Source: Eledone cirrhosa
Taxonomy: Eukaryota
Length of the DNA stretch: 64,000 nucleotides
Direction of reading: 5' to 3'
Assembly: GCA_964016885.1 (NCBI GenBank)
Contig: OZ024741.1
Coordinates: 362,638,001 to 362,702,000, forward strand
Part shown: positions 47,813 through 61,997 of the stretch, piece after piece
Layout of the letters: each line of letters starts with the position of its first letter
Numbering within the stretch: the stretch's first letter is position 1
Notes under the pieces: model-generated
What the model was told of the DNA's origin: nothing
Seen by the model: only the letters and a program-made list of their open reading frames with translations
The model's database searches: none
Made by a program: the position numbers and the translations under genes

Positions 47813-49109
47813 GTAAGATAAACCAGAACCTGCAAACATTTCTCCATAATTCTATCAAAGTGTCTTTATATTTTACTGAAACTAGCTGTGATTCTACAAT
47901 ACTAAGCTGTTTATTTTAAAGTGCTTATATCTATTTAAAACCCATAATTTTATGTAAAACCTTTTGTTAAGCTATGTTTCAAATCCCATATAAATAATGA
48001 AAAGGTTAGTTATATTATTCAATCCTTCTAAATTCTTGATTATTTTCAAAGTGATTTGAAAGTTATAGACTGTCTTTCATTAGAAATATGGTAACAAAAG
48101 GGTTAATATATGTATGAGCATTAATTTTGCTTCCATGTTATCATAGATGTGAGTTTTCAATGGCACATGTATTAACACATTTCTCAATGTAGATACCAAC
48201 AAGCATTTTATGACCATTTTTCTCTGCTAAAGCAGGGGTTAGCCATACAGGCCCTATAACAGATTTCATATTGATCAAGGAGCACTTTTCAAGGCAATGT
48301 TTTACATTTAGATTCCTTTCTTGGTGCCAACCCTTTTAGTCACTTCTTACAACAGAAATATGGTGAACCTATTCTAAACTGGATACACACAGAATTATTG
48401 ACTTATTCTTAATATATATCATCATCATCATACATCACACTTTCCATTCTGGCAGGGGTTAAACAGGTTGTCATAATCCAAGACTAGACAGGCTGGACAA
48501 GACCACTCCTTGATCATATTTTGGCATGGTTTCTGTGGTTGGATGCCCTTCCTAATACCAACCACTTTACAGTGTACTGGGTGCAATTTATTGTAGCACT
48601 AGCTCTACCACTTTACAGAATAGATTAAATTCATTTTAATCATTGCCCCAAGGTGTACTGTGGAGACTATATACAACAACAAAAAACATTTTAAGGCCAT
48701 TTTCCCATCTTATGCATGGATTAGCCTTATAGAGCCCTATTACAAGCTTCTCCATTTTACCCTATCATCTGCATCACCCACTCCAACCCCCCCCCCCTCC
48801 GACTTTTTTCCTCCATCATCTTTAGCTATGTCTTTCTTGGTCTTCTCTTTCCTCTGCTTACTTCCATTTCTTATATCCATTTCCATCACTCCTCTCATCC
48901 AGTCACTCTTATCCTTCCTCAACACATGACCCAACCATCTTATTCCATTTCTTTTTACAACATTCATTTTGATTCTAAGATTAGCATTTTACCAGACCAT
49001 TTTATATAATCTGGTTTTCTCTTAATTCACTTTAGATTTAAATGTTGCTTTATTTCTTAGAGTTCCTCAAAAGAAATCTACGTTTTGTCAATGTTTTATA
49101 TTTTTCTAG

Positions 49110-49165
49110 GTGAAGGACAACATGCTGTCAAATCATGTTATGGCAATGCATGCTGGGAAAAAATG
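49110..49165 (+). CDS. MCM8: MCM8 coding exon 21
   Basis: VKDNMLSNHVMAMHAGKK; ttctag/GTAATT. Confidence 0.9.
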
Positions 49166-50619
49166 GTAATTCTGATTTTGTTATTTATTTATTATTCTTT
49201 GTTGGGGGTTCCACATAGGTCGCCCATTGTTGTGAAATGAAAATACTGTTGCTTTCTATGAGGTCTATGTACTTCTTACAGAAGTTTCTAATGATATTGG
49301 CAGTGCCAGATGTCTCAGTTGTTTTAGTACATGGTATTATTTGTAATAGTTAAGAGCGATGGATCGATAAAATAAAGTAGAGTAATGCACTGGGATCGAT
49401 TTAATTGACTTTCCCTTCTTCTACTTTGCCCACTTATTCCTGAGAGGGTCGTTGGGGCAGAGTCCTCAAACACTCCTTCCAGTGGGTTCTGTCAGAAGCA
49501 ACTGTTTCAAGCTGATCCAGCTGGATTCCCAAGCAAGACCAACCAAGCTCATGGATGTTATCCAACCATCTTGCTCTGGGTCTCCTGCCAGATGGTTTTA
49601 CCCATAAAATCTGTCAAGCCATTCTTTCCTGAGACATTCTAACCACATGCCCATTGTACCGGAGTTGTGATCTCTCAATAATGAGAAGTAACAGCTCTAC
49701 CTGGAGCAGCTCTGTGATCTCCAAGCTATGCACTCTATTGAGTAACATTACTCCAAAGACCCTTCAGAGGAACCCCATTTCAGCCACTTGTATTTTTGAT
49801 CATATTCTTTTGGTCATTACCCCAAATTCGTGACCATAGATAAGGTTTGGCATGATTACCTCCTTTCTTCTGATTACTGAAACTGGTGCATTACTGCACA
49901 AGCTCCTGCATTTCTTACTCTCAATTCAGCTTCCTGCCTTCTATCAATCGCCTTTCCCCTCCCAAAAAATTGTTGGCCTTGTACATAATTCAGAAACCAT
50001 TATTTGTAATTGTTCAAGATTAAAAGAAGTGGTGTATTGACAGAGTTATTAAAACGTTGGATTAAATATCTTTTGTGCGGTGTTTGTTCTGAGGTCAACT
50101 TTGCCTTTCATCCTCTCAGGATTGATAAATAAAGTTTCAGCCCAGAGCAATGGATTGGAAGTATTGTCAGAACATCAGTAGCTTTAATAGTAAAATATTT
50201 TTGCTCAAAACTTCAAACGTTCTGCTCAGTGATTGGAAGGAACATTGGTGACATGATAGTCGAAAAGTCTCTAAAGTCTAAAGTCTGTTAGACAGAAGCT
50301 CGTTAGGCCAGTGCTTATGCTGGTTTCTTTGGTATTAAATGACTGAGCATACAAAACTTCCCCTTGAACAGGACACCAATCCATCACAGGATTAAACTCC
50401 CAGCTACTACTGGTACTTATTTTCAGCTGAGTATAATGGAGAAATATGAAATGAAGTGTTTGGTCAAGAACACAACACACAACCTGGTCCAGGAATCAAA
50501 CCCACGACATTATGATCATTAGTCCAACACCCTAACCACTAAGCCACATGCCTTTGCATGATAGTACTAGGGACCCTACTTTTAAAACACCCAAGAAATC
50601 TCATAGGAGGTTAGTTAAA

Positions 50620-51440
50620 CCTGTATGATGCCTGTATATGAACAGCAATGCTACATGGCAGTGAGACATGGGCATTGTGTGCAGAGGACTTGCGCAGACT
50701 GGAAAGGAACGAAGCATGCATGTAATAGTAATATACGTGAACAGCAAAGCATAAATGAACTAAGTGAGAAATTAGGAATAAGAGGGATAAGATGCTCTTT
50801 ACTCGACAGAAGACTACGTTGGTCACGTGATGTGCATGAAAGACGACAGCTGTATAAAAAAGTGCAGGGCGATCAAAATTGATGGTAGTTATGGAGTAGG
50901 TAGACCCAGAAAAACCTGGACGATTTGATAAATTCCGACCTTACACACTTACACCTCTCTAAGACAATGTCACTGGACCGAGATCTTTGGCGCCACGCAG
51001 TAATGCAGATGACTCACCTTGCCTATGTACAAAGCGAAACCTACAGTCAGTAGGCACCTCTTAACCAAATATACACCCCAATCCACTACTCCTACTCCAT
51101 CCTCCCACTCCCACCAACACCACCCTCTCTCTGTAAAGTTGGTACCACAACATCCAGTCCAAATAAATGAGAAAATGAGATCGAGATTGTGTAGGTGTCA
51201 CAACAAAAAAACACACAATCCACGCTGTAATGTGGTCGTGTAGGAAACACGGTAAAAAGTTCCCAGTCCACACTGTAAATGTGGTTAGTGTTAAGAAGGG
51301 CATCCAGCCGTAGAAAACCTGCCAGATAGTCCTATATGAGCGAGACACGGTCACCCAACCAACCTTGCCTCAAATTGGGACAACTTCTGTCTAACCCATG
51401 CTAGCGTGGAAGATGGACGTTAAACAATGATGATGATGAT
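50620..51440 (+). mobile_element. RTE LINE 3' fragment, same subfamily as the 35-37.8 kb copy
   Basis: High similarity to 37041-37820. Confidence 0.85.
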
Positions 51441-52281
51441 ATGCAAGTATTAACCGTATTGACGAAAAATATAAATCTGTGATCTTTCTTCCCTTTGCTG
51501 AGCATTCCCTAATTTTTCACTAGTAAAATAATTGTTTCTACTTTTGGCACAAGGCCAGCAATTAACCAGTACATTACTGGTACTTTATTTTATCGACCCC
51601 GTAAGGATGAAAGGCAAAGTTAACCTTGGCGGGATTTGAACTCAGACCATAAAGAGACGTAACTATGCTGGAAAGCATGGTGTCCGACCCTCTACCGATA
51701 CTGCCAATTCACCGCTGAGTGTTGGTCAGTGAAATAAATAGCAAACTGGATGCAGTGACATGGTAAAACTCTAGTCACCAATCAGAATTTATATGTCACA
51801 TGGTAATTCTGAGAATAATGAGGTGCTCATCTAAGGTGTTGAAAAATGCATCACACAGGATGTAAAACTGCAAATGATGAAGTGACTGGAAACTGATAAT
51901 TGTCAAGCATATGTGCATACTTCTTTAAACTTGCCCACAATAATGATTAGAAATATGTAGTCAAAATAAAAGCTTCTGCCATCATGTCATCAGCAAATAA
52001 GAAGCTGATTTGTTCAAAGAGAGTAAGTTTTGGGGAAATTAATGATTATTCCTAACCCTTTTGCTATCATATCTCTAATAAAAGAAACTGCCTGTGATTA
52101 TCAAATAATTTTGAAAAACAGTTTTGCATTATAATACCCAAAGTGGTTTCAGGCTGTTTGGGTTAAGGGCATTGGTGAGATAAATAAAACAGATCCAACT
52201 AGAAATCAAAATATCATTATTCAACATTTCATTTGTCTTAACCAATTATAGTAGCTTCTGATTTTCTTCCTTTCTTCTCAG

Positions 52282-52327
52282 GAATATTTCCCCATACTTT
52301 ACTAAATCACAAGACACATCTTTTGAG
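52282..52327 (+). CDS. MCM8: MCM8 coding exon 22 (poorly conserved linker)
   Basis: Strong pyrimidine tract + cag, NISPYFTKSQDTSFE, GAG/GTAATG donor. It supplies the phase 2 to 0 switch needed between exons 21 and 23. No motif support. Confidence 0.7.
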
Positions 52328-54586
52328 GTAATGAACCATTTCCTAATTATTTTTTAAAAATTTGGTAAGATATATTGATGACTTAACATCACATCAATAA
52401 TATTTATAAAATATATGTTCTGACAAAGTAATTTATGCAAAATTATAGAGAAAATTAGTTGCTTAATTCTGTATTAGAATACAGGCATGGCTTTGCAGCC
52501 ACATGGTTTTGGGTTCATTTCCCACTGCATGGCACCTTGGGCAAGTGTTCTCTACTATAGTTAACCAACGCTTTGTAGGTGAAATTTGGTAGGCAGTATA
52601 TGTGAGGAAGCCCTTTGATTATATATATATATATATGTGCGTGTGTGCATATGATGACATTTTTGTCTGTCTTTATGCCCTGTAAACTTAGCAGTTCAAC
52701 CAAAAGAAATTAATAAAATAAGTGCCAGACTTGAAAAAATAAATATTGGGTTGAATATGATTGACTAAATCCCTTCAAAGCAGTGCCCCAGTATGTAAAA
52801 GAATAAAAATAGAAAATGTTCTGATATTAAATCACTTACCAAACAAGATAAACATAGGAATAAATATATATATATACACAATGGCAGTGTCCCAGCATGG
52901 CCTCAGTCAGCCGACTGGAACAGGAACAGGTAAAAGAGTATATGTAACTGATCTCTCAGACTTTTACGAAGTGCTGAGAGGATAAAGTTAATATGAGTGA
53001 TGTGCTCATGCACAGAGATGCTATAAAATAGACAGAAATAGAAGTTCCCATTGGCTGCTACAATGACTTCTTTTTCCATTTCTAAGGATCTTCACCCTAT
53101 TTTATAAGCTATTTAAGGATATATAGGGAAGTGGTGTAAAAGAGAAAGAGACTGTGTTAATATGCTGCAGTTTTGGTGACCAAAAGAAAAGGAACTGATC
53201 TCCAAATCAGGCCAAGGAGACCACATGTTCATTGCTGGTACTATTTGCTGGTCACAACTCCTAGTAGAAAGAGGAAGAATTTGAACACAGAATGCACAGA
53301 GTCAGAACAGATACTACAAAGCATCCTATCTGACTTTAATAATTGTGCCAATCCACCATCCCTTGGACTGGTACCTTATGTATCAACCCTGAAAGGATGG
53401 ATGGTAAAGTTAGTTTTGACAAGATTTGAACTCAGCACACAGAGCCAGAATAAATGCTGAGGTATCTAATCTGACACCTCTAACAACTCTGCCAATTTGC
53501 CACCTCTTGGCGACCAAAGTATCATCATTTCTAGCCACTTAGGTCTCATCAACATTGATATAATAGTTAAAGTTGTCTGCACTCTGATAAGATTATATAT
53601 AATCTATAGATAGCCAGTGTTTTCTATTTTCTGATTTGTAAATTTGAAAATATGGCATTAATTACGTACATATTTCAGTGTCCTAGTAGATAACATTAAT
53701 AATATCTTTAGTTTAGAAATATAGACTTCCTAGTTCTAAACCAATCTGGTACTATGTACACATCTGGGAATAAGACACTCAATGCCACGTTGTGCATTTA
53801 TAAATCTTTTTCTTCTTCTCTCTTTCCCTTCTCTCTTTTTCTCAGGTTCAGCATGCCATAGTGTTATGAAGCTGGCCTTTAGAATTGCAAGGACAGTCCA
53901 TCCAATGGGCTTCCAAATAGTTTCTGACTACCCAATTCACTCACAAGGTTGAGTCAACATGTGGCTATGGTAAATGACATGCAGTAGGAATGAATCTGGA
54001 ATCATAACTGTTCAATCATGCTACATCCACATTATCATTTTACTACCATACTAATTGCTCACATTTCTCTTCCATATCAATACTCACATGCTGCTTCACA
54101 CATATAACCAGGGTCAGTGCTACCTGTAAAGCCAACTAGGTAGCAACTAAGGATGTAGACCTCAGAGAAGTACATTACTGAATGTTGAAGGATTGCGGTT
54201 TTATAATAATTTGTATAATTAAATTAAATATATTATTTCCTATGATCAATAAGTAAATCACTAAGTATTTTTGCAGCGTAGCAACATTGTTGAAATATCC
54301 AATACAGTGAAGAGGGCTGTATGGTGTTATGACCTGTTACTAGCTTCGGTGTGGGTTGTGTGTTGGCTGTATAGTGGAAAATGCAAGCTTAACAATTTTC
54401 TTCGTGTGATCAGAGCAAGAAGTGTTAAAAACTAGGTTTGTCAGCTTACCAAACTATAAGTTGAAATAATTTTTTTGAGAGAATAGGGTGCACATTGTAG
54501 AGATAACCAAGATTACTAAATATCCAAGCACCAGCCCTACATGTAACACACTTATATATGATGTAATCTATTTGTCATTCAAACAG

Positions 54587-54673
54587 GATCTTTCAAGTAT
54601 GACATTACAAGAAAGACTTATTATACACCCATCTGAAAAAGTTGATCTAATTCCTCCTCAGTTGTTTAGGAAG
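54587..54673 (+). CDS. MCM8: MCM8 coding exon 23
   Basis: DLSSMTLQERLIIHPSEKVDLIPPQLFRK; aaacag/GTAGAG. Confidence 0.88.
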
Positions 54674-55627
54674 GTAGAGTGCTGTTTTTAATTATTGTTG
54701 TTTTTTTCTTTACCATTTTAAAAATGTTCTTACTGTTTAGTCAGATGAGGGAAGATGCAGTACTCATGGCGTTTTATTATTTTTTCAGAGTCTTTGAGAC
54801 TGGTGAAGGGGAGGGAGAAAGTTATACTCACACCAGTGAAGGGAAGGAGAAAAGTATATTCACACTAGCAACCTGGACTGAATGCTTATTGATGAACTCC
54901 ATAGAAATAAATGGCGAAGTTGATTCCCAAAGAATTTTGAAGTTAGAATGGAGAAGGGTAACATTAAATATAGAATAAGGCATTTTGTTTGACAGTCCAT
55001 CATTTCTGTTATTCCAGTATCCTAACAAAACATATCATCATCATTTAACGTCTGTTTTCTCTGGTAGCAAGGGTTGGATGAGTCTTCACAGACCAAGTCA
55101 GTCTTCAAGCGAGGCTCCTCACATTTCAGATGACCCAGAGGCCTGCATCTTGTTTACATATGATCAAATGCTCTACTGAGTGCATTTTATTGTGACATCA
55201 GCACTAGGGAGATAGTTATATCCTTAACACAGCTGAAGAATGTACTAGATGCATTGTGTAGATTACCACCACTGGGAGGGTTGTTATGTCTATGACACAG
55301 AAGAGTCCTCCTCAGCCTTTAAAGTATATATTAGATCTACAACAATACACAGAAGATGGGACTTTATTTTTTGTCAAGGAGGGAAGAGTAATGCCCATGG
55401 GACTTTATCATTATTGAAACTATATGCTGGCATGGGTTGTCTGGGTTGTCACAGTCTGAGACTATCTTCCAGTTTGACATGGTTTCTATGGCCGGATGTC
55501 TTTCTCACGCCAAACATTTTATAGCATACACTGTGTGCATTTTATCATGGCACCAGTTTATAGTATGTGTGTGTGCACATGTGTATGTTTGTGTCTCGTA
55601 ACTTAGCAATTCAACAAACTTGAAATA

Positions 55628-56872
55628 AGAGTATGGACTAAAAAGTTCATAGGCTAACTATGAAGGAGTGATGCTAGAGCTGTGAAATCTTGCATGCAAT
55701 AATTTCAACTCTTCTTATTAACAACTGTATTGTTTCATTCCAGGTAAACTGACATCTGACTGTTCAAAGAAAACTTTAAAAGTAACTTGTAGCGACTTCA
55801 CTTGAAAATGGACAAAATTTGGCATTGTGGTGTTATCAAGTACCCACAGAAAAAGGGTTTAGCTCCCAATGCTGACATGGTTTCTACATTAGGGGATAAC
55901 GCCACAGCTTTATCAACAGTGCAAAAGTGGGCAGCTGAATTTAGGAGGAGAAGGGAGAGTCCTGGAGATGACCCATGGTCTGGATGTCCTGCAACTGCCA
56001 CCACTGAGCAAAACATTGATCATGTTCACCACATGGTGATGGATGACAGGCAATTTACTATAAATCAAATAGACAATGCTATTAGCATATTCCATGAGAG
56101 AGTTGAGAATATTCTGCACAATGAACTTGGCATGATGAAGGTTTCTACTTGATAGGTACCACGTCTTGTGACACTTGATCAAAAGCACACCAGGCTGATC
56201 ACATCATGGGAAAATCTGACATTGTTTGAAGCAGATCCAGCTGGTTTCTTTGAACATTTCCTAACCCAGAATGAGTGTTGGGTTCATCACTTTGAGCCAG
56301 AGACAAAGATCAATCCATGCAGTGGAAACACCCCTCCTCACCTGCTCCAAAGAAGGCCAAGATCGTTTCATCTGCAGGAGAGGTGATGGCCTCAGATTTT
56401 TGGGGATACAAAAGGCATTGTGCTTATTGACTATCTTCAAAAGGGCCACACCATCAATGGAGAGTATAATGCCAACTTGCTGAAGCTGTTACAAAAGGCT
56501 ATCAAGACCAAAGGCCCAGGAAATCTGACAAAAATGGTCTTGTTTCATCAGGACAATGTTCCAGCACACAAGTCCTTGGTTTCAGTGGTTGCTGTGCACG
56601 ACTGTGGCTTTGAACTGGTTGATTACCCTCCTTATTTTCCTGATTACCATCTATTCCCCAACATGAAAATCAATTGGCTGGGAACCAGTATCGCAGTGAT
56701 GATGATATCATATCTGCTGTTGATGAATTTTTACTAACCGGATGAAAGCATTGTAACACCGATGGAAGAAGTATGTGGGCCACAAGGGAGACGATGATGA
56801 AAAATTAACCTCATTTGGTCACATTGCATGAGAGTGTCTTGGTCAGCCTATGAACTTTTTAGCTGACCCTCT
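55628..56872 (+). mobile_element. Full-length decayed mariner transposon (about 1.25 kb)
   Basis: TIRs aaaagttcataggctaac / gtcagcctatgaacttttt, TA flanks, transposase fragments STVQKWAAEFRRRRES, WVHHFEPETK, LFHQDNVPAH. Confidence 0.9.
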
Positions 56873-58289
56873 TAAATAAGTACTGGGGTTGATATGTGAT
56901 TGATCTGTGCCCCAGCATGGCCACAGTCTAATAACTCCAGTAAAAGAATAAGCTGTCTAGATTTCTAAAACATTCATGTTCTGATTACATGCTTACAAAT
57001 CATACTTAGTTATTGAAAGGCATAGTTTTTGGCCTTTCAAGCTGATATCATACAAGTGAACTTGTAAAGTGTTTTATCAAGCAGTTCTATGATACAGTAA
57101 CCTTGATTAAATGCATTACTTAATGAACTTCCTCTATGAAGTCATTCTCAGTCTTATCATTTTACAAGTTGTTTTTTATTTTATTTCAAAACAACAAATA
57201 AGGTTTCAAAATCAGCTTATCTTAACCCTTTTTGTATTAAATCGCCTGAAACTGTCTTTACCCACTTATTCCTGAGAGGGCCATTGGGGCAGAGTCCTCA
57301 AACAATCCTTCCAGCTGATCCTGTCAGAAGCAACCGTTACCAACTAATCCAGCTGGATCCCCAAGCGTGACCAGTCAAGCTCATGGATGTTATCCAACTA
57401 TCTTGCTTGGGGTATACCCCTGGGTCTCCTACCTATTGGTTTCGCCCGTAAATCTGTCCAGCGATTCTTTCCTGAGACATTCTAACCACATGCCCATAGT
57501 ATCGGAGCTGTGATCTCTCAATTCGGAGAAGTTGCGGCACTACCATCATTTTACATCTGCTTTCCAAGCTGGCATGGGCAGGACGTCATGATCCAACACT
57601 AGACGGGTCAGAGAGTCACATCTTGCTCATATGTTCCATATTTTGGTGTGCCCTTCATAACACCAACTTCTGTGCAGAATGTACTGGATGTATTTTATTG
57701 TGGCACCAATACAAGTTATGTTTCAAATACCAGTTTGATAATAAGATAGTTATATTACTATATCTCAAAATTCTTGATTATTTTCAAAATTATTTGAAAA
57801 TTATAGGCAGTGTTTTCATCAGACGTATAGTAACGAAAGGATTAAGGCAATTAAAATATCCCTTACAAAAACAATAACAGCTATACAAACTCCATTCACA
57901 AAATGAAGTTTCTAATTGCTGTTATTTAACTCCAAGTCAGTCTTGATTCAGCAGAACTATGATCAAAGGCATTCAACTATTACCAGCCCACCTTGTTGTT
58001 CAGACATGGTGTATCTAGGACTAAATTATCCAATATGTCCTTCCATTTTTCTTAAATTGTAGGGTGTGATTAAAGGGATATTCTAGCAGGTCGAGTGAGA
58101 TATTCTAGCAGTAAGAGTTTCTTCATTGACTTGTTGATAATATAAAAAATAGGCTGTTGCAGCTAATCATTTAACGTTTTAGATATCACTCCATTGAAAA
58201 CTAACCCTGGTTTGATGGTTCCAAGCTGTTTACTTTAAAGTGTTTATCATCATCATCGTTTTTACATCCATTTTTCCACTTATTTAACC

Positions 58290-59540
58290 CCATAACTGTC
58301 AACTTTAATAGCTGGTCTTTCTGTTGGGTAAGTTGGGGTAGTCTCTCCTCCCATTCATTCTCTACATTCATCAGCCTCTCGTAGTAACATTTCCAGGCCT
58401 CTTTCTTTTGAGCATCAGTGGTACTAAGTGCACCAGTGTCATTTCTAACACACCTTTCCCCAACAATATCCCGATTCACACTGATACATTGCCTTGCAAT
58501 GCGAAACACTTCATGTCTCTGATCCTCGCATCTTTGATCCTCATGTCTTAACACATTGGCAAACTTTTTTCTTTTTTTTTTTCAGCATCTCTCTGAGCTG
58601 TGTATACCTGTTGTTTAACTGCTCTCTTAGCTACCTAGTACCAGCTTCTGCTACCCCCATTTTCCCAGTCTTTCCACACTTGTAACTTGGCTTTAATGGC
58701 TCTATTCATTGTACTGTCACCCTCTGTTTGACTGGCACTTTACTCCAACTACAAGTCTCATCAGTAGTTCACAGAAGGTTGTCATGCTAGAATTTCCAAT
58801 TATCCTCTCTGTTATATGCAACTTGTGCTGGATGGCACATTCTTCCCCAGGGAAGGCCTTAGTATTTGTTACAATCCGTCTATCTTATTGTCTTACAAGT
58901 AAGAAATCAATCTGGCTTGTGTATTCACCTGATTGGTATATCATCAGATGGCTAGCCAGTTCCTGAAATTTGTGTGCAAATGGTTAGTTCATTTGAGTCA
59001 CAAAATTTCAGAAGCGTCACTCTCCTCTTCATTTTTTTTAGCCATAACCATAGCCACCATGAACTTCTCTGAATCCACCCTCATACTGTCCAACATATCC
59101 ATTGAAGTCACCTGCCAGGCTGATGAGTCTCTTTCATCAATACCTGAAGTTGTCTGTAAAAGTTCCTCATAGAACCTGTCCTTTTGTTCTTTACCCAGTC
59201 TTGCTTGTGGTGCACAGGTAGATGTAATTGTCATCATTCTATTTCCTACAGATATTCTAAGCTTGATAATTCTGTCATTTACTCTAATTACCTCTATCAT
59301 CTTATCTATCCATGCCTCAGCTAGTAGGATGCCCACACCACCTACCCCATCATCATTTCCTACTCAGTAAAGTCTTTATTTATGTTGTTTACCTGTGAGT
59401 AGTCTCACTGAAGCACCTCTCTATCTCACCTCATGTACACAACATACATCCACTTCTCTCTTCTCTAACAGCTCCACAATTTCACCTGATTTACCTTTCT
59501 GGGTGCCAACATTGAAGGTGACAGTCTTGAAATTTGTATC
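58290..59540 (-). mobile_element. RTE LINE 5' part (endonuclease region), degraded
   Basis: GILLAEAWIDKMIEVIRVNDRIIKLRI, EVFRIARQCISVNRDIVGERCVRND. Confidence 0.8.
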
Positions 59541-60278
59541 TTGACAGTTGTTCCTTAAGTAGAAGTTCTATGAACCTGTAAGGGGAAAAGGCCGTGTGAT
59601 TACTTGATGACTGTTGAAGGGTTCTCATACATGACTACTCTAGCCACCCCCACTACCATGTGCAGCACTAACATGACTAGTGTTGGTCCTGTATACACAA
59701 TTAGTGTGGATATTATTTGTTGTGCTTTCCATAATTTTGGCAATGTTTTTTTCTGGCTGAATGCTCTTCCTATTACCAACCATTTTATAGCGTGGACTTG
59801 GGGTGATTATTCGTGCCACCAGCACTAGAGAGGTTGTCTTAGTGGACTCAAGAGTCCTCTCCACCCTATATCAGTTCTAGATGGGTTTATATTTATCAAA
59901 AAAACCTTCCATGATAAATTTATGTAAAAACCTTTGTTAAGCTATACTTCCAACACCAGCTTAATAATGAGAAACTTATATTATTAAATGCCTTCAAAAT
60001 TATTTGAAAATTATAGGCAGTGTCTGTTATTTGAAATATGGTAACAAAAGGATTTAAGTGTGCAGGCTTCCATCCCAAATTCCATATGTTCAAAATATGT
60101 TGTGTAAGCATGAATATGCTCTTAAGAAGTTCTCTTCGCAATCACCTTATTTTGGGGTTCAGTCCCACTGTGCGTTACTAATTGTTTTTAAATATCTTCA
60201 TTTCAAAGCTTAGTTACTAAAATGTACCTTTAATCCCAAACTTAAGGACTGATTTATTTGTTTATTATTTATTTTCAG

Positions 60279-60344
60279 TATGTGGGGTATGCTCGGAAAT
60301 ATGTCCACCCAAAGATTGGAAAAGAAGCTGCTGCTGTTTTACAG
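60279..60344 (+). CDS. MCM8: MCM8 coding exon 24
   Basis: YVGYARKYVHPKIGKEAAAVLQ; tttcag/GTAATG. Confidence 0.92.
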
Positions 60345-60469
60345 GTAATGTATGTATGGACCTCTAACTCCTGGCAGAGTTGTAGAGACACTGAAGTGGT
60401 ATACAGCATGACTTGAACATTTAAATCTGATAAAGCCCATCTTCTCTCCAGGTCTGAAGACAGTGATTT

Positions 60470-60471
<2 letters not shown>

Positions 60472-60504
<33 letters not shown>
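60472..60504. repeat. (GA)n microsatellite
   Basis: Perfect GA run. Confidence 0.9.
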
Positions 60505-60507
<3 letters not shown>

Positions 60508-61997
60508 AAGTGAGAAAGAAATCTAGAGAAAGAATTGGCCCTAATACTGGACTGGTATTCTTTTAACGACCTCAAAAGGATGAAAGGCAAAGTTGACCTC
60601 AGCATGTTTTGAATTCAGAGTGCAGACAGCTGGAATGAATACTGTAAAGCATTCTATCCAATGTTCTAATGACTCTGCCAATTTTCCATCTTTTACAAAT
60701 AATACCTCCATGTATTCGCTGTAGTTGGCACTTACAAGGACTCCCAGCTATCAAAAATAAATGGTCAACTAATTTGCAAAGGTAACCTACCAAATGTATC
60801 AAATGATCATTGTTTTAAAATTAATATTTGTCTATAACTAAACATGATCACTGGGATTGAACACTTTGGTACCAAACTACCTCTACTTTTACATACATAA
60901 CAGTTTCTTTTAAAATGTTTAAATTTATATAAAACCCTTCCATCATAATTTTATTTTAAACATTAAAACTTTTGTTAAGCTTTACTCTAAACATCAGCTT
61001 AATAATGAGAAAGTTGGTTATATTACTAAATCTTTCCAAGTACTTAATTATTTTCAATATTATTCAAAAGTAATAGATAATGTCTTTCATTGGAAAGAAG
61101 AGTTAATATCTCTCTAGTTAAGGTTTGCAAAGGTAACCTACCAAATTAATCTGTCATTGCTTTCCAGTTAATATTTGTCTGTAACTAAACAAATCATTCA
61201 GAAGACCCACTCTCATCGCCACTGTAAAATCATCATCATTAACATCCTTTTTCCCATGTTAGCATGGATTGGTCAGGTCATGGTAGACCAAATCAGTATT
61301 TAATTGGAAATACTGTCCTCCTAGATGGGTCAGAAGCCACATCTTGTTTACTTACATTCTGGTTTTGGCATCCACAGCTGGATACCTATCTTAATGCCAT
61401 TCACTTTACAGGAAATAGGTTGTTACATCTGACCATTTAACTCTTTTGATACCAACCCATCCAAAATTATGTTTCTACAAGAAAAAGCCACCTATTTTAT
61501 ACGATTACTATTTAAATTAAAACATTCCAACAGAATTTGTTATAAGGACATTTTATGTTGTAAATACCATCTTAATAAAATGATTAATGATTTTAGTAAA
61601 TCCTTCCAAATTCTTCATGAATTGATACAGTATATTTCATTGGAAATATGGTCTCCTGTTGCACACACTTGTAAATAATAATAATATTTTTTATACCAGC
61701 TTACCCAAAACTGCCTCTGGTTCTATGAAACAAAATCACTCATTTTAAAGGGATTCTATTTAAATTAAAATCTTCCAACATAATTTTATATAATAGCCTT
61801 TTGTTAAGTCATGTTACAAATGCCATCTAAATCTCTAATATATAATAGCTGATGTGTTGGTTAGTCTGATGTCACATTTAACAACATATAGAGAGAGTGT
61901 TAACATATGGGTTGAGGGAGGAGTATACATGCTGACCAGAGTGGTAAGCAAAGCATGAAAGAATATAGAATTTTGTTTAAATTGCTACAGTAGAACG

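Larger units (their letters stand above)
3161..60344 (+). other. MCM8: Gene span of MCM8 helicase (24 coding exons traced; 3' exons lie beyond the window and 5' UTR exon(s) were not located)
   Basis: Manually joined GT-AG exons keep one open frame of 2022 nt. It contains the MCM Zn finger (CNSC..CTSSGC), RIPRTIDCDL, Walker A GDPGLGKS, Walker B IDEFDKM, AANP and Arg finger SRFD. The RG-rich N-terminus and PYKGWxLYF are MCM8-like. Confidence 0.93.

Noticed and set aside
3178-60344. Assignment as MCM9 or a replicative MCM2-7 subunit
   Set aside because: GDPGLGKS, the RG-rich N-terminus, PYKGWxLYF and VYVCGNTTT match MCM8 as I recall it; MCM2-7 typically have a deviant Walker A (GDPxx[A/S]KS).
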